The notes beneath the pieces were generated by a model that worked only from the letters and a program-made list of their open reading frames with translations, was not told the DNA's origin and did not search any database. The position numbers were made by a program, and so were the translations under genes. This document shows, in pieces, positions 9,802 to 20,270 of a stretch of DNA of 64,000 nt. Every line of letters begins with the position of its first letter. The stretch's first letter is position 1. Source of the stretch: Patescibacteria group bacterium (lineage in GTDB: Bacteria > Patescibacteriota > Minisyncoccia > Phycocordibacterales > UBA1006); the NCBI GenBank assembly GCA_020428645.1, contig JAGQMN010000001.1:532-64531 (forward strand), in the 5' to 3' direction.

Positions 9802-10412
9802 TGACGATTAAACTTATTTTCACCATATTTGCGATTATTTCTTATCTTATAGGTTTTGTCCCGTACCTTAAGGATATTGCACGCAAAAAAGTTCAACCAC
9901 ATGCTATTAGCTGGGCAGGATGGGGATTAACTACTCTTTTGGCATTTTTTGCTATGTCGTCCGAGCTGTTTAACTGGGCTGCGTTCATCGTCTTGGTAAA
10001 CTCATTAGCCTGTTTTGTGGTCGTTATCTTTTCGTATGTGAAAGGTGTAGCAGTAACTATATTTTCCCAGTACGACAGTATCTTTTTAGTATCTGGTTTA
10101 CTTGGGGTGGTGCTATGGCAGTATTTCAACAATCCTGATCTCGCGATTATTTTTGCTATTATTCCAGACTTATCGTTTGGTATTCCTACGATTATAAAAA
10201 CCTATACAAATCCTTTTTCTGAAACAAAATTAGCGTGGCTGATGTCAACGCTCTCGGGATTTTTTAGTATTTTTGCAATTTCGTATGTTTCGTTTACTGA
10301 AATTGCATACCCAATTTATTTATTTATATTTGATTTAACAGTTTTCTTATTGGTGACACAAATCATTAGATCACAAAAAAAGAAGAGCCTTGGGCGACAC
10401 GAATGTGTTTAG
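9801..10412 (+). CDS. Hypothetical polytopic membrane protein (203 aa)
   Basis: Five to six predicted TM helices. No motif I recognise. Confidence 0.5.
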   Translation: MTIKLIFTIFAIISYLIGFVPYLKDIARKKVQPHAISWAGWGLTTLLAFFAMSSELFNWAAFIVLVNSLACFVVVIFSYVKGVAVTIFSQYDSIFLVSGLLGVVLWQYFNNPDLAIIFAIIPDLSFGIPTIIKTYTNPFSETKLAWLMSTLSGFFSIFAISYVSFTEIAYPIYLFIFDLTVFLLVTQIIRSQKKKSLGRHECV

Positions 10413-10413
10413 C

Positions 10414-11007
10414 CTAATCTTCTTTTTTTTCTTTTCCCGTAAATTTCTCAAATAACACCTGTTCAGTAATGGGATCTAACTTGTTTGTCACGAGTACCAT
10501 GATTTCATCACGTAATCCCATATCTTCTTTCATGTTAATCATCATGTGTTCGAGGGGATAGGGGGTGATCCAGACAGAATTCTTTATCTGTACAAACTGT
10601 GCTTTTTTGAGGATGTAGCGAACGGCATCTTGATCTTTTTTGCGGGTGTCAGGAATATCAATAATAACCATGCGCCAGTATCCGTCCCAGGTTGTTGAAA
10701 TAAGGTGGCTCTGTGATGAGAGTTTAATACTGCGGAGCTTGTGTCGTCCTGATGAGGTTAACGAGAGAAATGATGATTGTTCAGTTTCGTACTCGGCTAG
10801 TATATCTTCATCTACCATTCGTTTAATAGCTCGGCTAATGGCGTATTTTGGTTTAGTAGTATGTGTTCCAGTGCCATTTTTTTCGATTAATGTTTCTATA
10901 TGTTCGATAATATCATCGCGTTTATAGGCACGTTTTTTTGATAACAGGCGTAAAATGAGTTCCTGTACGTTCATTTTTTGTTTAGATTTCATAACAAGAT
11001 ATAACAC
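10414..11007 (-). CDS. PaaX-like transcriptional regulator family protein
   Basis: The C-terminal WDGYWRMVIIDIPDTRKKDQDAVRYILKKAQFVQIKNSVW matches the PaaX C-terminal WDG-x-W...P motif. The N-terminus is winged-helix-like. Confidence 0.55.
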   Translation of the reverse strand: MLYLVMKSKQKMNVQELILRLLSKKRAYKRDDIIEHIETLIEKNGTGTHTTKPKYAISRAIKRMVDEDILAEYETEQSSFLSLTSSGRHKLRSIKLSSQSHLISTTWDGYWRMVIIDIPDTRKKDQDAVRYILKKAQFVQIKNSVWITPYPLEHMMINMKEDMGLRDEIMVLVTNKLDPITEQVLFEKFTGKEKKED

Positions 11008-11042
11008 TTATAATCTAACAGAATTGCTATTTTTTACAAGAA

Positions 11043-11058
11043 TTTCATATATATGAAA
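11043..11058. promoter_or_regulatory. Perfect 16-bp palindrome TTTCATATATATGAAA in the regulator/grpE divergent intergenic region
   Basis: Read directly from the sequence. It lies 36 bp from the regulator start and 73 bp upstream of grpE. Confidence 0.3.
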
Positions 11059-11094
11059 AACTTGTCAAAAAAATATTTTTGGTATATATTTCTG

Positions 11095-11113
11095 ATATAA
11101 CCTTTGGTTATAT
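11095..11113. promoter_or_regulatory. Inverted repeat ATATAACC-TTT-GGTTATAT upstream of grpE
   Basis: Perfect 8-bp arms with a 3-bp spacer, 18 bp upstream of the grpE ATG. Candidate operator. Confidence 0.3.
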
Positions 11114-11130
11114 ACATTTTACACAAAAAT

Positions 11131-11703
11131 ATGAGTAAAAAAGATACTGAAAAAAAAGAACAGCTCGATGATATTGATATTGAATTCGAAGAAACTGAGT
11201 ACGAAGGGGTAAGCCAAAAAGACAAGAACAAAAAACTTCGTGATGAACTCACAGAGGCGAAAAAACAATCTCAAGAATATCTGACAGGTTGGCAGAAAGA
11301 GCGTGCGAGTTTTGCCAATTATAAATCAGACGAAGAAAAGAAACGTAAAGAACGCATCGAAGGATTAAAATTGAATCTCATTGCTGATTTCTTCCCTGTG
11401 CTCGATTCATTCGACATGGCATTCAGTAACAAGGAGGCCTGGGAAAAGGTTGACCCCGCCTGGCGTACGGGTGTTGAGTATATTTACACACAATTCATGA
11501 ACACACTCGATTCGTACGGTGTTTCGGTCATCGACCAGACAGATGTTCCATTTGATCCAAATATCCATGAACCCGTCGAACGGGTGAGGGTTGATACAGA
11601 AGATCAACACGATACCATCGTCAAAGTTATTCAGAAAGGATACCGTGCAGGAGATATAGTGTTGCGACCGGCAAAGGTTAATGTAGGAAACTATGAAAAC
11701 TAA
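11131..11703 (+). CDS. grpE: Nucleotide exchange factor GrpE
   Basis: Coiled-coil N-terminus, then the GrpE core LADFFPVLDSFDMAF...PFDPNIHEPVERV...VIQKGYRAGDIVLRPAKV. Confidence 0.85.
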   Translation: MSKKDTEKKEQLDDIDIEFEETEYEGVSQKDKNKKLRDELTEAKKQSQEYLTGWQKERASFANYKSDEEKKRKERIEGLKLNLIADFFPVLDSFDMAFSNKEAWEKVDPAWRTGVEYIYTQFMNTLDSYGVSVIDQTDVPFDPNIHEPVERVRVDTEDQHDTIVKVIQKGYRAGDIVLRPAKVNVGNYEN

Positions 11704-11802
11704 GCAAATACAGGTCATTAAGCACCACCAACACAGGTATTTGAATTCACACTTGAGCCAAAAAATACACAACAATGGATTGATGGTGCTGGAAAAGAAA
11801 CC

Positions 11803-12063
11803 GTGAATACAGATCAAATTGGGCTCGGTACCTTGTATACAAATGACTATGGCACGTTTGAGGTCACTGATTACGACAGAGATGTATTCTTCGAACTCAC
11901 CAACCATGATACGAGTTATCAGTGTTCGTACAGTTATCGAAAACTAGACGATACCACAACCGAACTAACGTATTTCGAATGTATGCAGGACGGATCAGAT
12001 TTACAAGAACCACTTAAAGAATCGTATTTTGAGACATTAAAAACATTATTAGAAACATCATAG
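11803..12063 (+). CDS. Hypothetical protein (86 aa) between grpE and dnaK
   Basis: ORF only. It sits in an otherwise unoccupied 390-bp gap. No motif I recognise. Confidence 0.3.
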   Translation: MNTDQIGLGTLYTNDYGTFEVTDYDRDVFFELTNHDTSYQCSYSYRKLDDTTTELTYFECMQDGSDLQEPLKESYFETLKTLLETS

Positions 12064-12091
12064 TCCACAGAGACGTAAACGAAACAAAAAC

Positions 12092-13993
12092 ATGAGCAAA
12101 ATTATTGGAATTGATTTAGGAACAACAAACTCGGCAGTAGCCTTCATCGAAGGAGGACAGCCAAAAATTATTGAAAACAACGAGGGAAATCGAACTACCC
12201 CGTCTATTGCTGCGATTGGTAAAAACGGTGACCGACTCGTTGGTCTTTTGGCGAAACGTCAGGCAGTCACTAACCCAGAAAACACAATTTTCGGGGTGAA
12301 GCGCTACATGGGACACAAATTCTCTGATGAGGCGATTCAAAAAGACGTCAAAAACTCACCGTTCAAGATTACCAAAGGCGATAGTGACAAGGTAATGATT
12401 ACCATGTCTGGAAAAGACTACACCCCAGAGGAAATTTCAGCGATGATTTTGAAGAAGATCAAAACCGACGTTGAAGAAAAAACAGGTGAAACCGTAACCG
12501 AAGCAGTCATTACTGTTCCTGCGTACTTTGACGATGCACAACGACAGGCAACCAAAGACGCTGGTAAGATCGCGGGACTTGAGGTAAAACGTATCATTAA
12601 CGAACCAACCGCAGCTGCGCTCGCCTATGGATTCAATAAAAAGAAAGACGAAAAAATCGTTGTGTACGATTTTGGAGGAGGAACCTTTGATGTTTCTGTG
12701 CTCGAGGTTGGAGACGATGTTGTCGAGGTGAAATCGACTGGGGGAGACGCGCACATGGGAGGTGAAGACATTGACCGCGCAATTATTGATTGGATTGGTA
12801 CCGAGTACAAAAAGGATTCAGGTATTGATGTGACTAAAGACGTGCTTGCACTGCAACGTCTGAAAGAAGCTGCTGAAAAGGCAAAGCACGAACTCTCAAA
12901 TACGACTGAAACCGAGATTAACATTCCATTCATCACCTCTGATGATAGTGGACCAAAACACCTTCTTCTCACGCTCTCTCGGGCAAAACTCGAAGAGCTT
13001 GCAGCACCATACCTCGACAAATCTATTGCGATTACCAAAGATGTTTTGAAATCAGCAGGTATGTCAGCGTCTGATATTGATGAAATTATTCTCGTTGGGG
13101 GGCAAACCCGTATGCCAAAGATTTCGCAAATGGTAAAAGACGTCTTCAGTAAAGAACCAAACAAATCAATTAACCCGGACGAGGTGGTAGCTCTCGGAGC
13201 AGCACTTCAGGGAGGGGTAATGCAGGGAGACGTAAAAGACGTCCTCCTTCTCGATGTGATCCCACTTTCACTCTCGATTGAAACTATGGGAGGTGTTGCA
13301 ACGAAACTCGTTGAAAAAAATACCACCATTCCAGCCGAAGCATCACAGGTATTTTCGACCGCAGCCGACAACCAAACATCGGTAGAAATTCACATTGTGC
13401 AGGGTGAGCGACCTATGGCAACCGATAACAAATCGCTTGGCCGGTTCATCCTCGAAGGTATTCCACCATCACCACGTGGGGTGCCACAGATTGAGGTATC
13501 ATTTAACGTTGATGCCAACGGAATTCTCGAGGTAACGGCAAAGGACAAGGCAACCAACAAGGAAAATTCAATCCGCATTGAAGGAGGGTCAAAACTCTCT
13601 GACGAAGAGATCAAGAAAATGCAACAGGATGCTGAAGAACACGCAGATGAAGATAAGAAAAAGAAAGAATTGATTGACGTGCGTAACCTAGCTGACTCAA
13701 TGATCTTTACCGCTGAAAAAGCATTAAAGGATCATGCAGATGATGTTGATGACGAAACCAAGACCAAGATTGACGATGCCTTAAAAGTGCTCAAAGAGGT
13801 TAAAGATGGTGATGATAAAGATGCGATTGAAAAGAAAACCGCTGAACTATCAGAATCAATGCAAAAGATTGGTGAAATTATGCAGAAAAAAATGGCTGAA
13901 GAACAAACCACAGCAGGTGATGCACCAACTGATGGTGGAGATACGGTTGATGTAGAGGCTGAAGAAAGTTCAGAAGGGGATTCAGATAAATAA
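12092..13993 (+). CDS. dnaK: Chaperone DnaK (Hsp70)
   Basis: [26 protein letters not shown], the substrate-binding domain and an acidic C-terminal tail. Confidence 0.95.
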   Translation: MSKIIGIDLGTTNSAVAFIEGGQPKIIENNEGNRTTPSIAAIGKNGDRLVGLLAKRQAVTNPENTIFGVKRYMGHKFSDEAIQKDVKNSPFKITKGDSDKVMITMSGKDYTPEEISAMILKKIKTDVEEKTGETVTEAVITVPAYFDDAQRQATKDAGKIAGLEVKRIINEPTAAALAYGFNKKKDEKIVVYDFGGGTFDVSVLEVGDDVVEVKSTGGDAHMGGEDIDRAIIDWIGTEYKKDSGIDVTKDVLALQRLKEAAEKAKHELSNTTETEINIPFITSDDSGPKHLLLTLSRAKLEELAAPYLDKSIAITKDVLKSAGMSASDIDEIILVGGQTRMPKISQMVKDVFSKEPNKSINPDEVVALGAALQGGVMQGDVKDVLLLDVIPLSLSIETMGGVATKLVEKNTTIPAEASQVFSTAADNQTSVEIHIVQGERPMATDNKSLGRFILEGIPPSPRGVPQIEVSFNVDANGILEVTAKDKATNKENSIRIEGGSKLSDEEIKKMQQDAEEHADEDKKKKELIDVRNLADSMIFTAEKALKDHADDVDDETKTKIDDALKVLKEVKDGDDKDAIEKKTAELSESMQKIGEIMQKKMAEEQTTAGDAPTDGGDTVDVEAEESSEGDSDK

Positions 13994-13997
13994 AAAA

Positions 13998-14043
13998 GTT
14001 TGAACAAGGATATGTAGTAATTTTACATACTCTTGTTCAAACA
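13998..14043. terminator. Strong hairpin after dnaK, probably a bidirectional terminator
   Basis: Perfect 11-bp stem gtttgaacaag/cttgttcaaac flanked by A/T runs. Confidence 0.5.
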
Positions 14044-14047
14044 AATC

Positions 14048-14257
14048 TTAAACTCTAGTTTGAAAAGATATCAGATTGTTACAACAATCATGTTTATCTT
14101 CCCCCAAACAGTAATTTGACCAGTCAGTATTGGTTAAGCGATTGAGTTGGAATAGACCTTTCTTGACTAAATTATCAACTCGCTTCCTATAACTTTGGTA
14201 AGTATCACCCTCTTGAGGTTTTGGGTAATCAGCTGGTTTTCTTAAGTCTTTTTCCAC
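14048..14257 (-). CDS. Hypothetical small protein (69 aa)
   Basis: ORF only. Confidence 0.25.
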   Translation of the reverse strand: MEKDLRKPADYPKPQEGDTYQSYRKRVDNLVKKGLFQLNRLTNTDWSNYCLGEDKHDCCNNLISFQTRV

Positions 14258-14386
14258 AATGTAAGATTTTAATTAGAATATATTTAATTTCATTAAATCA
14301 TATATAAAATATAAAACAATATTTATTCCTCTGAGTACCAATATTCAATAGTGTTGGTACGATTGAGTAATAAACTCACACCTATC

Positions 14387-14851
14387 ATGTCAAAACAACA
14401 TCGAGATACAATATTACATATGGTTAGAGAACGTAACCTTCCACATAAACATGATGTTCATGAACCAGTACGCACGAGCCAAGAAGCCTCTGATTTGAGA
14501 GGTGTTTCTATGAGTTCTGGAGCAAAAGCAATTGTTGTTCGGGGTAAGAAATCCAAAGAATCATGGTTAGTTGTCATTCCCGCAGACAGAAAGGTAGATA
14601 TGAAAACAATTCAACAGGTTGTTGGAGAGAAACTCAGTTTCCATCCAGATGTTGAAAATGAGTTTGATTGTGAGCCTGGATCAGTTCCACCATTTGGTTC
14701 AGTACTTGGTCTTCAAACGTACGCAGACAACAATCTCGAAGATACACTCAATTTTAATATTGGTCTTCGAACTGATTCGTTACAGATTTCAAAAACTGAT
14801 TACCTCTCACTGGAGACTCCTATTTTAGGTAACTTTTCTATAAATCTATGA
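14387..14851 (+). CDS. YbaK/ProX-type aminoacyl-tRNA deacylase family protein
   Basis: [11 protein letters not shown]...[16 protein letters not shown] matches the YbaK-type deacylase domain. Start set at the ATG at 14387, which gives about 154 aa. Confidence 0.7.
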   Translation: MSKQHRDTILHMVRERNLPHKHDVHEPVRTSQEASDLRGVSMSSGAKAIVVRGKKSKESWLVVIPADRKVDMKTIQQVVGEKLSFHPDVENEFDCEPGSVPPFGSVLGLQTYADNNLEDTLNFNIGLRTDSLQISKTDYLSLETPILGNFSINL

Positions 14852-15900
14852 GTAAAGACTACTACAAAATTTTAGGTGTTGAGAAAAATGCCAGTGACGA
14901 CGAGATCAAGAAGGCTTTTCGTAAAATCGCACACAAATACCACCCTGATAAACAAGATGGCGATGAAAAGAAATTCAAAGAAGCCAACGAAGCCTACCAG
15001 GTACTGTCGAATAAAGACAAACGCGCGCAGTACGATCGTTTCGGTTCAGCACGACCAAACATGGGTGGTGGACAGGGATTTGGTGGATTTGATTTTTCGG
15101 GATTTCAGAATGGTGGTGGTTTCGATTTCGGAGACATTGATCTTGGAGATCTCTTTGGTGGCGGGTTTGGACGTCGGCAACGACAACGGCGTGGTGCCGA
15201 TATGCAGATGCGCATTGAAATCAGTTTTATCGATGCGGTCTTTGGTGTAGAGAAAACTATCAACCTCGACCACGCGAAAACCTGTAGCGATTGTAATGGT
15301 ACGGGTGCGCAATCAAGCTCGGCCATGACGACCTGTCCTGAATGTAATGGTCAAGGTCAGGTACAGAGTCAGGTCATGGGTATTTTTGCAACCGTTACTG
15401 ATTGTCCTACATGTGAGGGTCGTGGAGAAGTTCCAAAAGACAAATGTACAACCTGTAAGGGTGCAGGGATTACGCGTGAAAAAGATACGATTGAATTTAA
15501 CATTCCTGCAGGTATCAAAAACGGTGATACCTTACGTATTTCAGGTCGTGGTCAGGCAGTGAAAGGAGGACCGTCAGGTGACCTCTTCGTACAAGTCCTC
15601 GTACAACCACACACAATGTTTAAACGAAATGGACTCGACCTCATCCTCGATCATGAGATCAGTATGAGTGATGCGGTACTAGGAGTTACTCACAAAATTA
15701 CGATGCTCGACGATAGTAAACTTGATATCAAAATTCCAGCAGGTACCAATCACGGTACAGCCTTGCGTGTTGCTGGAAAGGGAATTATCATCGATCGCGC
15801 AAAGGGTAATCTATTGATTAACATAAAAATCTCAATCCCAAAGAAATTGTCAAAGAAGGCAAAAGAGGCGATGGAAGTATTGCAACAAGAGGGGTATTAA
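14848..15900 (+). CDS. dnaJ: Chaperone DnaJ
   Basis: J-domain DYYKILGV...HPD, a G/F-rich region and four CxxCxGxG zinc-finger repeats. Its start overlaps the ybaK stop (ATGA). Confidence 0.9.
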   Translation: MSKDYYKILGVEKNASDDEIKKAFRKIAHKYHPDKQDGDEKKFKEANEAYQVLSNKDKRAQYDRFGSARPNMGGGQGFGGFDFSGFQNGGGFDFGDIDLGDLFGGGFGRRQRQRRGADMQMRIEISFIDAVFGVEKTINLDHAKTCSDCNGTGAQSSSAMTTCPECNGQGQVQSQVMGIFATVTDCPTCEGRGEVPKDKCTTCKGAGITREKDTIEFNIPAGIKNGDTLRISGRGQAVKGGPSGDLFVQVLVQPHTMFKRNGLDLILDHEISMSDAVLGVTHKITMLDDSKLDIKIPAGTNHGTALRVAGKGIIIDRAKGNLLINIKISIPKKLSKKAKEAMEVLQQEGY

Positions 15901-15936
15901 AAAAAATGAAGTTACTAAACCCCATCTTTTTATTTA

Positions 15937-16200
15937 TTACAGATTAAATTTCTTTTTGTATTTTTCATAGAGCTCAATGTGCCCAGTAGCAATGATTACT
16001 ATCGTTACTTGATTATCACTATCGGCCGGAATAATCGCAGCAACAAACTCCTCGCGTTGTTGTTGTGTCATTATTCCTTTCTCCTTTTCGAAATACTCTA
16101 ATAATTGATTGTGTTCTTTGTAGTCCAATCTTAATTCAAACTGTAAAAAGTAACAGTTTGTTAAAATCTTTGCGCCTGGTAGTAACTGTGTGTCTGCCAT
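15937..16200 (-). CDS. Hypothetical protein (87 aa)
   Basis: ORF only. Confidence 0.3.
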   Translation of the reverse strand: MADTQLLPGAKILTNCYFLQFELRLDYKEHNQLLEYFEKEKGIMTQQQREEFVAAIIPADSDNQVTIVIIATGHIELYEKYKKKFNL

Positions 16201-16306
16201 GATCTATTTTTTTGTGTTATCTATTTCAGATTATTATTTAATAATAATATGTCAAATTATTAAAGACAAAAATGCATTTTTTTTTTTTGTATACTCAATA
16301 GTAGCT

Positions 16307-17332
16307 ATGGCGCTCACAGAACACGAACAACATATCCTCGATAGCATTGTCATTGCATCTGATAATGACCCGCGCAACCCAGAATTTCCTGCTGATAACC
16401 CAAAATTCCCCGCATCCGAAACCTACCAGATTACCGTCCCAGGATTTGAAAATGTGTGGCTGAAGGATGAGGGCACGAACCCAACAGGAACCCACAAGGA
16501 TCGCATGGCGTGGGAAATTATTGTGAGTTATCGACAGTACCTGTTATCAAAGAAGAAAGGTATTATTACGGAACTTCCAACGATGTCGCTTATCTCATCA
16601 GGGAGTGCGGCGCTCGCCATTCAAACACAGTTGAAACGATACGGTCTACCGCCATTACGGGTGCTGTTAGACTATTCGATTGATACACATATTGTACAAA
16701 GTCTCGATGCTATTGGTTGTGTAACTTTTTTTACCGACCTTTCAAAAAAACCATTGAGCTCCGAAGAGATACTTTCGTTAACCAACAATATTGCAGGAAT
16801 TGATATCACCTCAGACGAAACACTCGACCCTGATACCCGGTTTTATGATTGGCTCGCGTATGAAATTATTAATAGTTCACCTGACTATTGTTTTATTCCA
16901 TTTGGGACGGGGGCACTGTATGAAAATATTCTCAATGTCAGTAAAAAAGAAATCGCAGTATCGAAACACGATCCACGATTTGATGGTGACGTTGCCCGTT
17001 TGATGAACTGTAACTTCTTGGGTGCGACAACCAACAACCCACATTCAACAGCAACAAAGTTGTATTCACCACACCTACCGTTTTCACACTACAACGAAAA
17101 ATGGTTACAGACGTACAAGGATCGAGGATTCTGTGGTAAGGAATCAAATGTGTATGCCGTTGGTGAAACATTTATTAAAAAAGCACAGGAAATCATTGCA
17201 GGGCAAGAGAGAATCATTAAGGTTGAACCATCAGCCGTTGCTGGGCTTGCGCTGATGCTGCAAATGCAAGACCAACTACCTCGTGATACCAAAATGTTAA
17301 TTGTGAGTACGGGTTGTACGAAATTGATTTAA
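16307..17332 (+). CDS. PLP-dependent enzyme, fold type II (threonine synthase / cysteine synthase superfamily)
   Basis: NPTGTHKDRMAWE resembles the lysine-containing xFKDRG PLP-binding motif, followed by a glycine-rich FGTGALYEN loop. Start set at the ATG at 16307. Confidence 0.5.
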   Translation: MALTEHEQHILDSIVIASDNDPRNPEFPADNPKFPASETYQITVPGFENVWLKDEGTNPTGTHKDRMAWEIIVSYRQYLLSKKKGIITELPTMSLISSGSAALAIQTQLKRYGLPPLRVLLDYSIDTHIVQSLDAIGCVTFFTDLSKKPLSSEEILSLTNNIAGIDITSDETLDPDTRFYDWLAYEIINSSPDYCFIPFGTGALYENILNVSKKEIAVSKHDPRFDGDVARLMNCNFLGATTNNPHSTATKLYSPHLPFSHYNEKWLQTYKDRGFCGKESNVYAVGETFIKKAQEIIAGQERIIKVEPSAVAGLALMLQMQDQLPRDTKMLIVSTGCTKLI

Positions 17333-17351
17333 TTATTGGTATACTCATATT

Positions 17352-17636
17352 ATGAGAAACCTCGTCATCATTATCATTCTCCTTGGTATGGGATACTTTG
17401 CGTACCAGGCATTTCATGATTCAACAGCGGTGAATACCGAAAGCGCGAATCAACGTGCTATTCGTGAAAATCATCTTGAAGATTTTGAAGATCAAATTCC
17501 ACCAGGGAGCCAGGAGGCACTCGTTGAAGTTGATACTGAAATCTCTGGATTTGTTGATGGATTCTTTGGTCACATTATGGAAACTATTCGTCGTTGGCGT
17601 ATTCAAGTGAACGCGTGGATTCTTGAACATATTTAA
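17352..17636 (+). CDS. Hypothetical membrane-anchored protein (94 aa)
   Basis: N-terminal TM helix LVIIIILLGMGYFAY. ORF only. Confidence 0.35.
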   Translation: MRNLVIIIILLGMGYFAYQAFHDSTAVNTESANQRAIRENHLEDFEDQIPPGSQEALVEVDTEISGFVDGFFGHIMETIRRWRIQVNAWILEHI

Positions 17637-17654
17637 AAATAGCACGAAGGGGTG

Positions 17655-19040
17655 CTATTTTTTTTCGAGGTGTTGCTCTCCGTCAACATCAGAAATCGTG
17701 TATCCCATATCAGCAATGGCATCACGTAGTCGATCAGATTCTGCAAAGTCTTTGGCATCACGAGCTGCCTTACGTTTATCGAGTAATTCCTGGAGTTCCT
17801 GGTTTACCAGCACTTCTTTCCCTTCATAGTCTTCAAGCCCAAGACCGAGCACCGTGTCGAGTTCGTACGCAGTGATCAATTTATCAGCATCTGATAGATC
17901 TGATTTCAACATATCATGAAATATCGCCAGTGCCTGCGGAAGGTTAAAGTTGTCCTCGATTTTTGCTGCAAAGTCCTCTCGGTAGTTACCGCTAACACAT
18001 CCGTGTGTCGTCGTCGCGTGTTCACGTAGTCGCATGATATCTCGGTAGATATTATGTAATCCATTATCAGCTGCCTGGAGCACCTCCCAGCTAAAGTTCA
18101 TTGGTGATCGATAGTGTGTTTGGAGTGCAAGGTAACGATAGGCAAGAGGACTGAATCCTTTTTCTCGTAGGGTGTTCAGGGTAATATTGCCACCCGTTGA
18201 TTTTGATAATTTCTCACCTTGGACATTTAACATTTCTCCATGGAGCCAGTATGTCACAAAGGGTGAACACCCAGTTGCACATTCTGATTGTGCAATTTCA
18301 TTGTTGTGGTGAACACTGCGGAGGTCAGCACCACCGGTGTGAATATCAAACTGTGATCCGAGGTACTTTGTCGCCATTCCTGAACATTCGATGTGCCAAC
18401 CGGGGAATCCTTGTCCCCATGGTGATTCCCAACCAAGCTTTGCATCAAATTTCCACAACGCGAAATCGGCAAGTTGTCGTTTTTCAGTGTTCTCGGTAAT
18501 CCGACCCTCGCTATCGTTATCGAGATTGAGTCCACCTAATTTTCCGTAGTCTGCCATTTGTGCAGTGTCAAAATACACACCGTCACTCGTCGTATAGGTG
18601 AAACCTTTTTGTTCGAGTGTGGTGATCATATCAATGTCTTCTTGAATATGTTCTGATGCTCGCGGTAAGTGGTGTGGAGTACGGATGTTCATGTCAGTCA
18701 AATCTTGTGTGAACGCATCAACGTAGGTGGTGGCGAGCGCTAACATATTGTCAATGGTGATATCTTTACCTTCGCGTTTTAAGCCCTTGGTCATTTTATC
18801 GTCACCATCATCTCCATCAGACACGAGATGTCCAACATCGGTAATATTCATTACCTGTTTAACCTCGTAACCAAGAAACTCAAAACTACGGCGTACAATA
18901 TCACCCAGCAAAAAAGATCGAAGGTTTCCAATGTGTACGTAATCGTACACTGTTGGTCCACAATGGTACATTTTGACAACGCCAGGTTGGCGCGACCTGA
19001 ATCCTTCTTTTTCTTTGGTGAGTGAATTATAGAGTTTCAT
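17655..19040 (-). CDS. cysS: Cysteinyl-tRNA synthetase
   Basis: HCGPTVYDYVHIGN is the class I HIGH motif, and KLSKSTG is the KMSKS motif. Confidence 0.9.
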   Translation of the reverse strand: MKLYNSLTKEKEGFRSRQPGVVKMYHCGPTVYDYVHIGNLRSFLLGDIVRRSFEFLGYEVKQVMNITDVGHLVSDGDDGDDKMTKGLKREGKDITIDNMLALATTYVDAFTQDLTDMNIRTPHHLPRASEHIQEDIDMITTLEQKGFTYTTSDGVYFDTAQMADYGKLGGLNLDNDSEGRITENTEKRQLADFALWKFDAKLGWESPWGQGFPGWHIECSGMATKYLGSQFDIHTGGADLRSVHHNNEIAQSECATGCSPFVTYWLHGEMLNVQGEKLSKSTGGNITLNTLREKGFSPLAYRYLALQTHYRSPMNFSWEVLQAADNGLHNIYRDIMRLREHATTTHGCVSGNYREDFAAKIEDNFNLPQALAIFHDMLKSDLSDADKLITAYELDTVLGLGLEDYEGKEVLVNQELQELLDKRKAARDAKDFAESDRLRDAIADMGYTISDVDGEQHLEKK

Positions 19041-19127
19041 GACTGCACATAGTATATCAAATCATGGTATAAAATCATGAACGCGCAGGTTGCCAGACAT
19101 GAATTCGTATGTATAATGGCGGGTATT

Positions 19128-19448
19128 ATGAGTAAATTTGCAATTATTGAAACCGGTGGGAAACAATACCGCGTTTCAGAAGGCGATGTCATAACCATCG
19201 AAAAACTTCAAGGAGACTTCAACCAAGGAGATAAAATTGTTTTCGATCAGGTGCTGATGACCGATGACGGAAAGGCAGCACAGATCGGTACCCCATACTT
19301 GGCTGGAGCAAACGTTACCGGAGAACTGCTCGAAGAAGGGCGTTCTAAAAAAGTAACCGTTATTCGTTACAAAGCAAAATCCCGATACTTCAAGAAGAAG
19401 GGACACCGACAACCGTTCATGAAGATTAAGATCACCAAACTCGCTTAA
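19128..19448 (+). CDS. rplU: Ribosomal protein L21
   Basis: MSKFAIIETGGKQYRVSEGDVITIEKL is the L21 N-terminus. Start set at the ATG at 19128. Confidence 0.85.
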   Translation: MSKFAIIETGGKQYRVSEGDVITIEKLQGDFNQGDKIVFDQVLMTDDGKAAQIGTPYLAGANVTGELLEEGRSKKVTVIRYKAKSRYFKKKGHRQPFMKIKITKLA

Positions 19449-19449
19449 T

Positions 19450-19480
19450 AAAAAATCACCAATAATGGTGGTTTTTTATT
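19450..19480. terminator. Bidirectional hairpin terminator between convergent rplU and recR
   Basis: aaaaatcacca-ataa-tggtggtttttt. Confidence 0.45.
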
Positions 19481-20087
19481 GCTGAATCCGTGACTTAAAC
19501 GCGTATTTCAGCGTCTCGGTGTCAGAATATTCTAATTCTGTTCCTGTTGAGAGCCCACGACCGAGTGTTGAAAAGGTGAGGTTCGGGAATTCATCACGGA
19601 GCATAGTGTAGAGACGAATACGCGTGTGTTCGGCTTCGGGACTGATTGAGAGAGCAAAAATAACTTCATCGAGTGCTCCTGATGCTGTGTCACGCTCAAT
19701 ACGTTTGATGAGTGTATCTACCCGTGCGTACGAACGTTTTTTCTCGTTCGCGTTAATGAATCCTCCGAGGATAAAATATTTTCCATCATAGACGTGGGTC
19801 TTGTGGAGGTTTTCAAAGTCAGCGTCTTTTTCGACAATGGCGAGTTGCTTTGAATCCTTTGCTTGGGTACATACTTCACACACCAGTGAACCATTCTTTG
19901 GAAAAAAGCGATAGCATTCGCTACATTGGTTAATTTCAGCCTTTACGTTTTGTATCCCTGCGACCAGTTCGTTAATGTACCCCTGGTCTTTGTGGAGGAG
20001 GTAGTAGACGAATCGGCGCGCTTGTCGCCGTCCGATTCCGGGAAATGATTCAAAGAGTTCTGCCAATTTATCAATACGATTATTCAC
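19476..20087 (-). CDS. recR: Recombination protein RecR
   Basis: N-terminal helix-hairpin-helix FPGIGRRQARRF, a C4 zinc finger (CSEC...CEVC) and a Toprim domain. Confidence 0.9.
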   Translation of the reverse strand: MNNRIDKLAELFESFPGIGRRQARRFVYYLLHKDQGYINELVAGIQNVKAEINQCSECYRFFPKNGSLVCEVCTQAKDSKQLAIVEKDADFENLHKTHVYDGKYFILGGFINANEKKRSYARVDTLIKRIERDTASGALDEVIFALSISPEAEHTRIRLYTMLRDEFPNLTFSTLGRGLSTGTELEYSDTETLKYAFKSRIQQ

Positions 20088-20270
20088 TAGGTAAGTATAT
20101 CAAAATACTAAAATCTCGCATTTCTGCGTTTGGTCTGTTACTGTCCGTTTATGGACACCTCCAGACACTCACACTTCAGCATCTTGAATTCCAAGATTTT
20201 AGAAATTTTGAAAAATTATAAAAACCCGTAGAACATTCAATTCCACGGGAAATCTATTATTATTTTTTTT

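Noticed and set aside
12625-13164. Antisense or alternative-frame ORFs inside long genes (for example 313-540, 12625-13164, 35173-35568, 36750-37247, 47318-47854, 29785-30216)
   Set aside because: They lie wholly within well-supported genes (alaS, dnaK, topA, the surface protein, ychF) in other frames or on the other strand. Their compositions are low-complexity or biased, so they are spurious.
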